Of a DNA stretch of 64,000 nt, positions 19,201 to 29,128 are shown in pieces. The stretch comes from a virus. The notes below the pieces were generated by a model, which was not told the DNA's origin, made no database searches, and was given only the letters and a program-made list of their open reading frames with translations. Within the stretch, counting starts at the first letter, position 1; each line of letters starts with the position of its first letter. The position numbers and the translations under genes are program-made. Location of the stretch: positions 5,503-69,502 of IMG/VR virus record IMGVR_UViG_3300008448_000060. One strand, 5' to 3'.

Positions 19201-19529
19201 CTACAGGTACTGATACAAATATTGGAATTAGTATTACACCAAAAGGAACTGGAACAATTGTTGTAGGAAATTCAGTTATACCATCAGCTGATAGCACAAT
19301 GGACTTAGGAGCAACAGGTGCTAAGTTTAGAGATTTATATTTATCTGGGAATTCAATTATTATGGGAACTACGAAAATAATGATGCATGCAGATGGTTAT
19401 TTACAATTCAACACAAACTCAGGAGGAGGATATCCTGCAGGAAGTAATGTGTCTGTCGCAACTGCGGCAAATGGGATTGCCGCAACTAGTGGCACTGCTG
19501 CAGCATTTGCAATTGCCCTTGGAGGTTAA
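16284..19529 (+). CDS. Long tail fibre protein with Mtd_N-like N-terminal domain
   Basis: QLQLRRGTTAQHSSFTG..GEVT......VVHDG.TAGG N-terminus; many TLTNKTLTSP repeats; ends AIALGG. Confidence 0.7.
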   Translation: MPTQLQLRRGTTAQHSSFTGVVGEVTINTSKKTAVVHDGSTAGGLELLRADMSNVFASATPTFTSLNTSGDVSVGGNLTVTGTTTFNGGTITMGDADTDNVVFGADVNSNILPNTDNTYALGSSAKKWSDVRSVLLTTTSDATIGGDVAINGGDLTTSQTTFNLLNTTATTLNIGGSSTATAIGSNSGTTTIKADLTVDGDVQVKGGDLTTNQTTFNLLNTTATTLNMGGAATSLNLGANSGTTTVNNNLTVTGNLTVNGTTTTVNSTTLTVDDKNIELASVASPTDITADGAGITIKGATDKTFNWVDATDAFTSSEHLALASGKNLYLNGSTSGTTTLTPSATASGTLTLPAATDTLVGKATTDTLTNKSVSLTTNTITGTLAEFNTALSDDNFVSLTGTETLTNKTLTSPRISSIVSATTVNYSSAGGDWTSNSFYVEPEQNQISINTNLAEPNFSNYLAATTAGTVFVVTYNNSTTATLTQSGSSSFFGAQLNIPVTGATGAQLNIVAISISTTNTITVPSATDTLVGRATTDTLTNKSINLANNTITGTTAQFNTALSDDNFVTISGTETLTNKTLTSPVITTINTTSNSSIALSPNGTGVVNVPSGYTGRAGFGANSLVPKSYVDALEAGLHVHAAVKAATTDTLANLTSGTVTYENGTDGVGATLTLQNALTTLDTSYTVVSGDRLLIKNQANAAHNGIYTIDATRTILTRATDFDSVSEVASGDFLFVSFGTQFGSQGFVQTVPMVTFGTTDISFTQFSGAGQITAGNGLTKDGNTIDAVGTADRITVNANSIDIASTYAGQNTITTLGTISSGTWQGTVIAGEYGGTGVNNSGKTLTLGGNFTHSGAHTLSLTTTANTSITLPTTGTLATLDGSETLTNKTLTSPVISSISNTGTLTLPTSTDTLVGRATTDTLTNKTLTSPRIGTNILDTNGNSLLALTATASAVNQLTLANAATTNRPTISATGTDTNIGISITPKGTGTIVVGNSVIPSADSTMDLGATGAKFRDLYLSGNSIIMGTTKIMMHADGYLQFNTNSGGGYPAGSNVSVATAANGIAATSGTAAAFAIALGG
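16770..16966 (+). repeat. 35-nt exact direct repeat inside the fibre gene
   Basis: AATTTATTAAATACAACAGCAACTACTCTAAACAT at 16770-16804 and 16932-16966, within a duplicated GGDLTT.QTTFNLLNTTATTLN unit. Confidence 0.85.
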
Positions 19530-19531
19530 TT

Positions 19532-20272
19532 ATGCCTGTCTCTACAAGAGAAGGACTTAAAGATTACGCACTTAGAAAATTAGGTGCACCAGTTGTAGAA
19601 ATTAACGTTGATGATGGTCAATTAGAAGATCGTCTAGATGAAGCAATAGAATATTTCAATATTAATCATTGGGATGGTTCTGAACGTACTTATGTTTCAC
19701 ATCTAATTACAAATCAAGATATTAGCAATAAGTACATTCCTGTTGCTGATATAGTTTATGGTGTGAGTAAGGTGTTCCCTATATATGCAGGGTCATCAAC
19801 TAGTAAAAATATATTTGATTTACAATATCAATTAAGATTAAATGATTTGTATGATTTAACATCTACTTCGATTGTTTATTTTACAACAGTAATGAATCAT
19901 TTACAATTACTTGATACAATATTAAATGGTCAACCTTTATTTCGTTTTAATCGTTTAACAAACAGATTAAATATAGATATTAAATGGGGAACTGCTGTAA
20001 AAGCTGGCGATTATATTATATATGATGGATATAAAGCAATAGATCCTGCTTCATTTACTAAAATGTATAATGAGCCATGGTTGAAATCTTATACCACTGC
20101 TCTTTTTAAAGCACAGTGGGGAACTAATTTAAAAAAATTTTCAGGATTAGAACTTCCTGGAGGTGTGACACTTGATGGTGATAAACTATATGCTGAAGCA
20201 AAAGAAGAAATTAAAGAATTAGAAGACACATTAGTTGGAAAGAACGCACCATTAGAATTTTCAGTAGGATAA
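19532..20272 (+). CDS. gp13: Neck protein gp13
   Basis: LKDYALRKLGAPVVEINV, QWGTNLKKF...LPGGVTLDG motifs; synteny. Confidence 0.92.
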   Translation: MPVSTREGLKDYALRKLGAPVVEINVDDGQLEDRLDEAIEYFNINHWDGSERTYVSHLITNQDISNKYIPVADIVYGVSKVFPIYAGSSTSKNIFDLQYQLRLNDLYDLTSTSIVYFTTVMNHLQLLDTILNGQPLFRFNRLTNRLNIDIKWGTAVKAGDYIIYDGYKAIDPASFTKMYNEPWLKSYTTALFKAQWGTNLKKFSGLELPGGVTLDGDKLYAEAKEEIKELEDTLVGKNAPLEFSVG

Positions 20273-20276
20273 ACAT

Positions 20277-21194
20277 ATGTCTAGAAATGTTTATTTTACA
20301 CAAGGAACTGCTAATGAGCAAAACCTAATAGAAGATTTAATTATAGAATCTTTAGGAATTTATGCTCAAACTGTATATTATATACCAAGAAAATATGTAA
20401 ATAAAGATCAAATTCTTGGTGAAGATACATTAAGTACATTTAATCATGCTTACCCAGTTGAAATGTATTTTGAAAATGTAAAAGATTATGATGGAGCAGG
20501 TTCTTTTGTAAGCAAATTTGGTTTAATGATTGAATCATCAGCTACATTAGTTGTAGCAAGAAGAAGATGGAATCAATTAGTTGGTCAATATGGTAATACG
20601 ATTTTAACAAATCGTCCAGTTGAAGGAGATTTAATTTATTTCCCTTTAACTAAAAGTTTATTTGAAATAAGATTTGTAAAAGATAAAGATCCTTTTTATC
20701 AATTAGGAAAACTTTATACTTATAAATTACAAGTTGAATTATTTCAATATTCTTCTGAAAAAATTGATACAGGTGTACCTGAAATTGATGTATTTGAACC
20801 ATTAAAAACATTCAATACTGATCCTACACGTAATGAAGTAATGTATGTAAATTCTATTACGTTTACGAATCTTGGTGCAGGTTATTTGGTGGCACCAACA
20901 ATAACATTTAATGGTGGAAATCCACTTACAAATGCTACAGCTACTTGTACTATATTAAATGGTAAAATAAATAGTGCTACGATTACAAACGTTGGAAATG
21001 GTTTTAAGAGTGTACCTACAATTTCAATAAGTGCACCACCAGCTGGAGGAATTCAAGCTGTTGCTACTTGTACTTTAAATATGAATATTGATAAACAAGG
21101 TGGCTTTGGTGATAACGTCTCAGTTAAAGTTGAAAGAGATGTGAATAATAATAAAGTGGCATGGTCTGAAAATAATCCATTTGGAGAATTTTAA
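20277..21194 (+). CDS. gp14: Neck protein gp14
   Basis: YYIPR, SKFGL, RPVEGDLIYFP, PFYQLGK, C-terminal SENNPFGEF. Confidence 0.92.
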   Translation: MSRNVYFTQGTANEQNLIEDLIIESLGIYAQTVYYIPRKYVNKDQILGEDTLSTFNHAYPVEMYFENVKDYDGAGSFVSKFGLMIESSATLVVARRRWNQLVGQYGNTILTNRPVEGDLIYFPLTKSLFEIRFVKDKDPFYQLGKLYTYKLQVELFQYSSEKIDTGVPEIDVFEPLKTFNTDPTRNEVMYVNSITFTNLGAGYLVAPTITFNGGNPLTNATATCTILNGKINSATITNVGNGFKSVPTISISAPPAGGIQAVATCTLNMNIDKQGGFGDNVSVKVERDVNNNKVAWSENNPFGEF

Positions 21195-21196
21195 TC

Positions 21197-21958
21197 ATGT
21201 TAAATAAACCACCATATTATCACGAAACAATACGAAATTGTATTATAGGATTTGCAAAAATATTTTCAGATCTTAAAATTGAAAGAAAAAAAGCAAACGG
21301 AACAGTAGAACAAACGTTATTAATTCCAATTGCTTATGCTCCGAAAGAAAAATGGATACAACGTATAGAACAAGATCCTACTCTTTCTAATCAAGTGATG
21401 ACTACTTTACCTCGTCTTTCTTTTGAAATGACTGGGTTGAATTTAGATGCGACAAGAAAAGTTTCACGTATGGCATCTATTGATAAGAATAAAACACTTG
21501 GAGCTGGAGTAAATACAGCAAATAGAGTATTCGCTCCTGTACCATATAATTTAGATATAAATTTATATTGTATATCTAAAAATACAGAGGATGGTTTACA
21601 AATAGTAGAACAAATTCTACCTTATTTTACACCAGAATTCACGATGAGTATTCAATCGATGAAAACACCTCTTGATATTGTCACTGATGTTCCTATTATT
21701 TTAAATAGTGTTACATTTGTAGATGAATATGATGGTACTTTTGAGACACGTAGGTTTGTGACATGGACATTAGGTTTTCAATTAAAACTTAATCTTTTTG
21801 GATATGCAAACCCAGATGGTAAAATTATATCTAAAACGATTGTTGATATTGGCAATCCAGATAGACAAAACACGATAATAGCTAACCTAAATACAGGTGG
21901 AATTACGAGTGAAACATGGGAAGATATATTTAAAACTTCCGAATACGATATAACATAA
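21197..21958 (+). CDS. gp15: Tail sheath stabiliser/terminator gp15
   Basis: IPIAYAPKEKW, LPRLSFE, PVPYNL, QIVEQILPYFTP motifs. Confidence 0.92.
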   Translation: MLNKPPYYHETIRNCIIGFAKIFSDLKIERKKANGTVEQTLLIPIAYAPKEKWIQRIEQDPTLSNQVMTTLPRLSFEMTGLNLDATRKVSRMASIDKNKTLGAGVNTANRVFAPVPYNLDINLYCISKNTEDGLQIVEQILPYFTPEFTMSIQSMKTPLDIVTDVPIILNSVTFVDEYDGTFETRRFVTWTLGFQLKLNLFGYANPDGKIISKTIVDIGNPDRQNTIIANLNTGGITSETWEDIFKTSEYDIT

Positions 21959-21970
21959 TAGGAAACAAAT

Positions 21971-22897
21971 ATGGCAAAACAGATAATTGGAGTTGGTTTA
22001 ACACCAAATGACGGAACAGGTAATACTTTACGTGATGGTGGTGTAAAAATTAATTCTAACTTTGACGAATTATATAACGCATTAGGTGGAAGCACTGTGC
22101 GTGTTGCAATACCATCAACAGCTATTTCAAATGGCGCAACACTTAAATTTGATGGAACTAATTTCGTACCAAACACAGATATAGACACAAATACTACTTA
22201 TGCCATTAGTGCTGAAACAGTAGCAAGTGGTGCAAAAGTAAGATTAACAGGATCAGATGCAACAACTGATGATGTATCAATTTTATCAGCAAATGCTGGA
22301 CTTACAATCACTCGTACTGATGCAAGTACAATAACTGTTACAAATAATAATCCAGCTCCTGTCACTTTTTCTTTAAGTGCTGAAGCTATTCAAGCAGGTC
22401 AAAGAACAATTCGTTTAACAGGATCAAATGCTTCATTATCTGATATTGCGATTATTGCTGGTACTGGTATGTCAATATCAAATCCAACTGCTTCAGCTAT
22501 TACTTTAGATGCTGCAATTTCTTCAGTGAATGGAGCAACTGGTGCAATTATTACAAATAGAACATATTCTTTTGGTGGTGCTACAACTAGTAATTATCTA
22601 GTGACTGGTCCAGGATTGCCTGTAGCTGGATCAAATGACCCAGACATTATTGCGCAAAGAGGTGAAACTATAAGATTTACAAATACACGTTCAGGACAAA
22701 TTTTAGAAATACTTGATTCTTCTAACGTTGCTCCAGCAAACGATTATATTTCATCACAAGGTGCTTCTCCAAATATAGCAGACCAAAATCAAACGATTAC
22801 ATTTACAATACCGATGTCTGCTGCTACAGGAAACACATTTAAATATCGCAGTCAAGCTGAACCTGCGAATATGTTAGGAAATATAGTAGTTATATAA
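21971..22897 (+). CDS. Virion protein with gp9/gp10-like N-terminal domain
   Basis: KQ.I.VG..PNDGTGNTLRDGG.KINSNFDELY motif; internal duplicated (Y/F).(I/L)SAE....G...RLTGS unit. Confidence 0.6.
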   Translation: MAKQIIGVGLTPNDGTGNTLRDGGVKINSNFDELYNALGGSTVRVAIPSTAISNGATLKFDGTNFVPNTDIDTNTTYAISAETVASGAKVRLTGSDATTDDVSILSANAGLTITRTDASTITVTNNNPAPVTFSLSAEAIQAGQRTIRLTGSNASLSDIAIIAGTGMSISNPTASAITLDAAISSVNGATGAIITNRTYSFGGATTSNYLVTGPGLPVAGSNDPDIIAQRGETIRFTNTRSGQILEILDSSNVAPANDYISSQGASPNIADQNQTITFTIPMSAATGNTFKYRSQAEPANMLGNIVVI

Positions 22898-22916
22898 TAA
22901 GGGGTGGTTAGGGCTT

Positions 22917-24500
22917 ATGCCTACAAATTTTTATAATGCAAACACAGCACTTAAAGCTGTTGGCGTAAAAGTAAAATTTACAAAACAAGAAGTACAAGAA
23001 TTTCTTAAATGTAAAGAAGACCCAATTTACTTTATAGAAAATTATTGTAAAATAGTTTCATTAGATTTAGGATTAATTCCTTTCGCTTTATATGATTGTC
23101 AAAAAGAAAAAGTAAGAACAATCATGAATAATCGTAAAGTGATTTTAATGGAAGGAAGACAGCAAGGAAAAACTATTACTTCTGCTGCATGTATTGTTCA
23201 TTATACATTGTTTAATGATAACGTCACTGTTGGTATATTAGCAAATAAAGGAAGTACCGCAAGAGAAGTTTTAGATCGTTATCAATTAATGTATGAAAAT
23301 TTACCTTTATGGTTGCAACAAGGTGTTGTGACTTGGAATAAAGGAGATATAGAATTAGAAAATGGTAGCAAAGTATTTACTTCTGCTACAACGCCAAGTG
23401 CGATACGTGGTAAGTCAGTTAATTGGTTATATATTGATGAAGCTGCAATTATACCAAATCAAATCGCAGAAGAATTTTTTACTTCAGTTTATCCTACTAT
23501 TATGGCAGGAGAAACTACAAAAATATTATTAAGTTCTACTCCATTAGGATATAATCACTTTTGGAAATTTTGGAATGATGCTGTAAATAATAAAAATGGA
23601 TTTAAAAATCTTTTTATTCCTTACGATAAAATTCCAGGACGTGATAAAGCTTGGGCTGAAGCACAAAGAAAATTACTTGGTGATATAAAATTTAATCAAG
23701 AAATACTTTGTGAATTTTTAGGAAGTTCACTTACACTTATTAATGGTGAAACTTTAAGAAATTTATCTCCTAAACCATTTATATATTCTAAAGATGGTTT
23801 AGATATATTAGAAAAGCCTGAACCAAATCATAAGTATGTAATTGTAGTTGATTTGAGTAAAGGAACAGGAAGAGATTATACAGCATTTAGCATTTTTGAT
23901 ATAACAGAAATGCCTTATAAAGTTGTAGGTAAATATCGTTCTAATACAATTAGCATATTACTCATTCCAAGTATTATAGATAAAGTTGGAAGAGATTATA
24001 ATAAAGCTTTTGTGTTGATTGAAATTAATAGTGGTGAAACAGTTCCCTATATATTACATAGTGAATTAGAATATGAGAACATTATCTTTGTTGCAAGACA
24101 TAAGAATGAAGGACAAAGAATTACTGGTGGATTTGGTGATAAATCAAGTGCACTAGGTGTTACAACTGATGTAGCTGTAAAAAGAAAAGGTTGTAGCATA
24201 TTAAAGAATTTAATTGAGAATAATAGTTTATTAATATTTGATTCAACTATTATTAGCGAATTAACTACATTTATCAGCAAAAATGGTTATTTTTCAGCTG
24301 ACGATGGCTATACTGATGATTTAGTGATGACGTGTGTACTCTTTGCTTGGCTTACTGGTGACGTATATTTTAGAGAAATCACTGATGTAAACATAAGAAA
24401 AGAGTTATATAAAAAACAAATACAAGAGATTGAAGAAGAGTTGACTCCATTTGGCTTCTTAAATGATGGAAATGATCGAGAAAACCCTTCGAATTTTTGA
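22917..24500 (+). CDS. gp17: Terminase large subunit gp17
   Basis: KCKEDPIYF, Walker A GRQQGKT, Walker B YIDEAA, SSTP.G.NHFW, nuclease DDLVM. Confidence 0.96.
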   Translation: MPTNFYNANTALKAVGVKVKFTKQEVQEFLKCKEDPIYFIENYCKIVSLDLGLIPFALYDCQKEKVRTIMNNRKVILMEGRQQGKTITSAACIVHYTLFNDNVTVGILANKGSTAREVLDRYQLMYENLPLWLQQGVVTWNKGDIELENGSKVFTSATTPSAIRGKSVNWLYIDEAAIIPNQIAEEFFTSVYPTIMAGETTKILLSSTPLGYNHFWKFWNDAVNNKNGFKNLFIPYDKIPGRDKAWAEAQRKLLGDIKFNQEILCEFLGSSLTLINGETLRNLSPKPFIYSKDGLDILEKPEPNHKYVIVVDLSKGTGRDYTAFSIFDITEMPYKVVGKYRSNTISILLIPSIIDKVGRDYNKAFVLIEINSGETVPYILHSELEYENIIFVARHKNEGQRITGGFGDKSSALGVTTDVAVKRKGCSILKNLIENNSLLIFDSTIISELTTFISKNGYFSADDGYTDDLVMTCVLFAWLTGDVYFREITDVNIRKELYKKQIQEIEEELTPFGFLNDGNDRENPSNF

Positions 24501-24504
24501 AAAA

Positions 24505-24512
24505 ACTAAATA
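24505..24512 (+). promoter_or_regulatory. Putative late promoter for gp18
   Basis: ACTAAATA directly after the gp17 stop. Confidence 0.6.
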
Positions 24513-24572
24513 GGTAAGAGAAATAGCACGTTTGTCAAGAAACGTGTCAATAATTAAAGAGGAGAGAGCAAA

Positions 24573-26282
24573 ATGGCATTCCAATTAAGTCCAGGAGTAA
24601 TTGTCACAGAAAAGGACTTCACAAGCATAGTTCCTAATGTTGCCACAAGTGCAGGTGCATTTGTAGGTAAATTCGCATGGGGACCAATCGAAGATCCAGT
24701 GCAAATTACATCCGAAAACGAATTAGTAGAGAGATTCGGTAAACCAGATGATTCAAATTTTGAATCATTCTTTACTGCAGCTAACTTTTTATCATACTCG
24801 AATAATTTATTCGTAGTAAGAGGAAGTGGCAGTGTAGATAAAAATGCAGTAGTTTCTGGTACCGCAGTTAAAATTAAAAACGCAGAACAATACTTATCAT
24901 CATATGCAGGTGGTCAAGGAACTGTTGGTGAATTTGCAGCTAAATGGGCTGGTTCATTGGGCAATTCATTAAAAGTATCAATGGCAGATAAGTCGACTTT
25001 CACAGGTTGGACTTATGAAACTAGCTTTGATAGATCACCAGACACATCAGCTTGGGCAACATCAAATAACGTATCAAATGACGAATTACATATTATCGTA
25101 ATCGATGAAGATGGGTTATTTACTGGCACAGCTGGTACAATTTTAGAAAAATTTGAATATGTATCAAAAGCAGTAGGTGCTAAAAAATCAGATGGTTCGA
25201 ATAATTATTACAGAGATGTAATTAATTCAAATTCAAAATACATTTGGTGGATGGATCATCCTACTCAAGCAGCAGAAGTAAATAACGTAGCGAATGCTAA
25301 CGCAGTTGCTTGGGGTACTGCTCCAGCAGCACAACCTTACAAAGATATCAACGCAGCAGTAAATGCCTCTTTAACTGGTGGTGTTGATGACTATGCAGGT
25401 ATAACTGCAGGAAACATTCAAACAGGTTATGCATTGTTTGCAAACGATCAGCTTGACATATCGTTAGTCCTTTTAGGAAAAGCGACAGCAGCAACAGCAA
25501 CTTATGTAATTAATAACGTTGTAGAAGTAAGAAAAGATTCAGTAGCTTTTATCTCTCCAGAAGCAGCAGGTGGTTCTTATATTTCTGATTCTTCAGCGAC
25601 TCCAGTAGCAGATATTATAACATATAGAACAGCACTTCCAAGTTCTTCTTATGCTATATTAGATTCTGGTTATAAGTTTCAGTATGATCGTTATAATGAC
25701 AAGTATCGTTATGTCCCATTAAATGGTGATGTAGCAGGTCTTGCCGCAAGAACAGATTATGCTCAAGATCCATGGTATTCACCAGCTGGTGCAAATCGTG
25801 GTCAAATTAAAAATGTTGTTAAACTAGCATTTAATCCAAATAGAACACAAAGAGATTCACTTTATCAAAAAGGTGTAAATCCAGTTGTGACGTTTCCAGG
25901 AGAAGGAACACAATTATTTGGAGACAAAACTTTATTGTCAGCACCAAGTGCTTTCGATAGAATTAACGTACGAAGATTATTCATTGTATTAGAAAAAGCG
26001 ATTTCAATTGCTGCAAAAGCACAATTGTTTGAGTTCAATGATGCTTTCACTCGTGCTCAATTTAAAAATCAAATAGAACCATTCTTAAGAGACGTACAAG
26101 GTCGTCGTGGTATTACTGATTTTAGAGTTGTGTGTGATGAAACTAATAATACAGCAGAAGTAATCGACAAAAATGAATTTGTAGCAAGCATTTTCATTAA
26201 ACCTAATCGCTCAATCAACTTCATTAATCTAACATTTGTAGCAGCAAGATCAAGTGTTAATTTTAGTGAAATCGGTGGCTAA
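24573..26282 (+). CDS. gp18: Tail sheath protein gp18
   Basis: LSPGV...E.D, GKFAWGP, PWYSPAG..RG, GDKT, FDRINVRRLF, PNRSINFI.L.F. Confidence 0.97.
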   Translation: MAFQLSPGVIVTEKDFTSIVPNVATSAGAFVGKFAWGPIEDPVQITSENELVERFGKPDDSNFESFFTAANFLSYSNNLFVVRGSGSVDKNAVVSGTAVKIKNAEQYLSSYAGGQGTVGEFAAKWAGSLGNSLKVSMADKSTFTGWTYETSFDRSPDTSAWATSNNVSNDELHIIVIDEDGLFTGTAGTILEKFEYVSKAVGAKKSDGSNNYYRDVINSNSKYIWWMDHPTQAAEVNNVANANAVAWGTAPAAQPYKDINAAVNASLTGGVDDYAGITAGNIQTGYALFANDQLDISLVLLGKATAATATYVINNVVEVRKDSVAFISPEAAGGSYISDSSATPVADIITYRTALPSSSYAILDSGYKFQYDRYNDKYRYVPLNGDVAGLAARTDYAQDPWYSPAGANRGQIKNVVKLAFNPNRTQRDSLYQKGVNPVVTFPGEGTQLFGDKTLLSAPSAFDRINVRRLFIVLEKAISIAAKAQLFEFNDAFTRAQFKNQIEPFLRDVQGRRGITDFRVVCDETNNTAEVIDKNEFVASIFIKPNRSINFINLTFVAARSSVNFSEIGG

Positions 26283-26302
26283 TAATTAAAGGAGAAACTT
26301 AA

Positions 26303-26896
26303 ATGGCTGATATAGCAGATTTTAAAGCACAAATGACTGGTGGTGGGGCACGTCCCAATCAGTTTCGTGTTGAGTTAATTTTCCCTAGCTACGTTGTTGC
26401 AGGGATTTTGGCAAGTGCGCAAGCTCAATTTTTATGTAAAGCAGCACAATTACCAGCAAGCACAATAGAGAACATTCCAGTTCAATATCGTGGTCGTGCT
26501 GTTAATTTTGCAGGAGAAAGAACATTTGCTCCATGGACTGTCACAATTTATAATGATACAAACTTCAATATAAGAAATGCGATGGAACGTTGGTCAAATG
26601 GTATTCAAAACTATCAAACAACTAATGGTCGTGTAAATCCAAGAGATTATCAAACGGATTTAGTAGTAAGACAATTAGATCGTTCAGGTGCAATTATTAA
26701 ATCATATCGTTTTGTTGATGCTTACCCAATTTCTATTGGTGTAGTTCAATTAGACTATGATACAGCAAATGCAGTTGAAACGTTTGATGTTGAATTTCAA
26801 TACAACTACTTTGATAGTGATACAGCTTCACGTGATGGTGTAGGAGTGAATATTTCAATTGATACACCAGTTGGTTCATTCCCAATTAAAATATAA
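26303..26896 (+). CDS. gp19: Tail tube protein gp19
   Basis: GGARPNQFRV, CKAAQLP, GR....AGERTF..WTVT..ND. Confidence 0.95.
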   Translation: MADIADFKAQMTGGGARPNQFRVELIFPSYVVAGILASAQAQFLCKAAQLPASTIENIPVQYRGRAVNFAGERTFAPWTVTIYNDTNFNIRNAMERWSNGIQNYQTTNGRVNPRDYQTDLVVRQLDRSGAIIKSYRFVDAYPISIGVVQLDYDTANAVETFDVEFQYNYFDSDTASRDGVGVNISIDTPVGSFPIKI

Positions 26897-26933
26897 TATA
26901 ACAGAGTTTCGACAAGGGACTCGGAAATAGATT

Positions 26934-28499
26934 ATGGCAGAATTATTTGGCTTTGAGATTAAAAGAAAAACACCGAAGAAAGAAATTAGTTCGGTAGTCA
27001 CACCATCTAATTTAGATGGTTCGACGTTGGTAGCAGACGCATCGGCTTATTATGGATTAACACTTGATTTAGATGCGAGTATTAAGGGCGAAAACGATTT
27101 AATAAAAAGATATCGTGAAGTTTCTTATTACCCAGATGCTGATAATGCAATTGAAGATATTGTAAATGAATCAATTGTATTAGATAATCAACGTCTTTCA
27201 GTTGACGTAGTTTTGGATGATTTAAAAGCATCAGATAAAATTAAAGAAGCTATAAGAAAAGAGTTCGAAGAAGTTTATAAATTATTAGAGTTTGATATAC
27301 GTGGTCACGATATATTTCGTACATGGTATGTTGATGGAAGACTATACTATCATATAGTTATAGATCCTAAAAATACTAAAAACGGAATTAATGAATTAAG
27401 ATTTATAGATCCACGTAAAATACGTAAGATTAAAAATTATAAAAAAGAAAAAAATGATAAGGGTGTTGACGTAGTAAAAGATATAGAAGAATACTACATT
27501 TACAATGACAAAGGAATCACTGATAGTCTAGCAACAGGTATTAAACTATCTTTAGATTCAGTTGTATTCGCTCCATCAGGATTAACTGATTTAAATTCTG
27601 GTATGATATTATCGCATTTACATAAAGCGATAAAACCAGTGAACCAGTTAAAAATGGTAGAAGATAGTATAGTAATCTATCGTTTATCAAGAGCACCTGA
27701 ACGAAGAATATTTTATATTGATGTTGGTAATCTGCCTAAGTTAAAAGCAGAACAGTATGTAAACGACATCATGAATAAGTTTAGAAATAAAGTTGTATAT
27801 GATGCATCAACAGGTGAAGTACGAGATGATCGTAAACACATGTCAATGCTTGAAGACTTTTGGATGCCAAGAAGAGAGGGTGGTAGAGGAACTGAAATTA
27901 CTACACTCCAAGGTGGACAAAATTTAGGCGAAATAGCTGATGTACAATATTTTCAAAAGAAATTATATCAATCTTTAAATGTTCCTGTTACAAGATTGTT
28001 AAGTGAAACAGGGTTTAATTTAGGAAGAGCAAGCGAAATAAGTCGTGATGAATTAAACTTCCAAAAATTTATTGATAGATTAAGACGTAAATTTAGCACT
28101 ATTTTTTACAGTATTTTAAGAGTGCAATTGATTTTAAAAGGAATTATAAAAGATCAAGAGTGGGAACAATTTAGTCAAGATATTCGTTTTGATTTTTTAA
28201 GAGATAATTTCTTTACTGAATTAAAAGAAAATGAAATATTAGCTCAAAGAATTAATATGTTAAATTCTATTGAACAATATATTGGAAAATATTATAGTAT
28301 CAATTGGGTGCGCAAAAATATTCTGAGACAAACAGAAGATGATATTGCGAAAAATGATAAAGAAATAGCAAGCGAGCAAGGTAAATTACAAGATTTAAAA
28401 GTAGCTCAAACTGCTGAAACTGACGATGAAGCAATAGATACAAAACAAGATGAAATTGATCTTGAAGAACCTTTTGCTAATGAAACTAAAAAGGAATAA
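26934..28499 (+). CDS. gp20: Portal protein gp20
   Basis: WYVDGR, IYRLSRAPERRIFYIDVGNLPK.KAEQY, EDFWMPRREGGRGTEITTL. Confidence 0.97.
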   Translation: MAELFGFEIKRKTPKKEISSVVTPSNLDGSTLVADASAYYGLTLDLDASIKGENDLIKRYREVSYYPDADNAIEDIVNESIVLDNQRLSVDVVLDDLKASDKIKEAIRKEFEEVYKLLEFDIRGHDIFRTWYVDGRLYYHIVIDPKNTKNGINELRFIDPRKIRKIKNYKKEKNDKGVDVVKDIEEYYIYNDKGITDSLATGIKLSLDSVVFAPSGLTDLNSGMILSHLHKAIKPVNQLKMVEDSIVIYRLSRAPERRIFYIDVGNLPKLKAEQYVNDIMNKFRNKVVYDASTGEVRDDRKHMSMLEDFWMPRREGGRGTEITTLQGGQNLGEIADVQYFQKKLYQSLNVPVTRLLSETGFNLGRASEISRDELNFQKFIDRLRRKFSTIFYSILRVQLILKGIIKDQEWEQFSQDIRFDFLRDNFFTELKENEILAQRINMLNSIEQYIGKYYSINWVRKNILRQTEDDIAKNDKEIASEQGKLQDLKVAQTAETDDEAIDTKQDEIDLEEPFANETKKE

Positions 28500-28502
28500 T
28501 TT

Positions 28503-28685
28503 ATGGATATGAAAAACAAAATTAAAGACTTAATTGATAATATTGAAATAGGAAATGCTGATGCAATTAATGCATCGTTTTCAACAGTAATGGCTGAAAA
28601 AGTATCAGCAAGATTAGATAGTTTAAAGCAAGAAGTTGCTAATACGATATTTAAAGATAAAATAACAAGCAACGATAAAAACTAA
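28503..28685 (+). CDS. Small prohead core-type protein (gp67 position)
   Basis: 60 aa helical ORF between gp20 and gp21; call is by synteny. Confidence 0.5.
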   Translation: MDMKNKIKDLIDNIEIGNADAINASFSTVMAEKVSARLDSLKQEVANTIFKDKITSNDKN

Positions 28686-28701
28686 TTAGGAGTTTAATCA
28701 A

Positions 28702-29124
28702 ATGGCAGTCACAAAGACTATATTGAAAAAATCAAAAAATGAAGTTGTAGTGAAATTTGCAAATACTGGTGGTACGAATCAAACAGCCACTTTTGATTTA
28801 GATGTCGATGCTTTGCTAAGTACAGAAGTTATTGAAGGCACAGTAAAAATTAATATTGTAGCAATAACTTTTACTGGTGTTAATGGATCTTCATTTCGTC
28901 TAACAAGAGACAATGTAGGCATATTTGCTGCTCCTTGTGACCAACCAGATCAATTTTTCTTTGATGGCTGGGTTGATGGAATTAATAATACACATGATAT
29001 CGTTTGCAGTATGTCAGAAGAATCTTATGTGTATTTAACATTACGTAAGAATTCAGGATTTGAAACTAAGATAGAATTATCGACATTCGGTTCTTATGAT
29101 GATCCGAACGCTAGAGGTAGTTAA
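28702..29124 (+). CDS. Hypothetical head-region protein
   Basis: 140 aa ORF with AGGAG RBS, upstream of gp21. Confidence 0.55.
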   Translation: MAVTKTILKKSKNEVVVKFANTGGTNQTATFDLDVDALLSTEVIEGTVKINIVAITFTGVNGSSFRLTRDNVGIFAAPCDQPDQFFFDGWVDGINNTHDIVCSMSEESYVYLTLRKNSGFETKIELSTFGSYDDPNARGS

Positions 29125-29128
29125 TTAA

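Noticed and set aside
16284-19529. Diversity-generating retroelement, suggested by the Mtd_N-like fibre and repeated segments
   Set aside because: No reverse transcriptase in the window. The repeats are all coding, and I saw no adenine-restricted TR/VR mismatch pattern.
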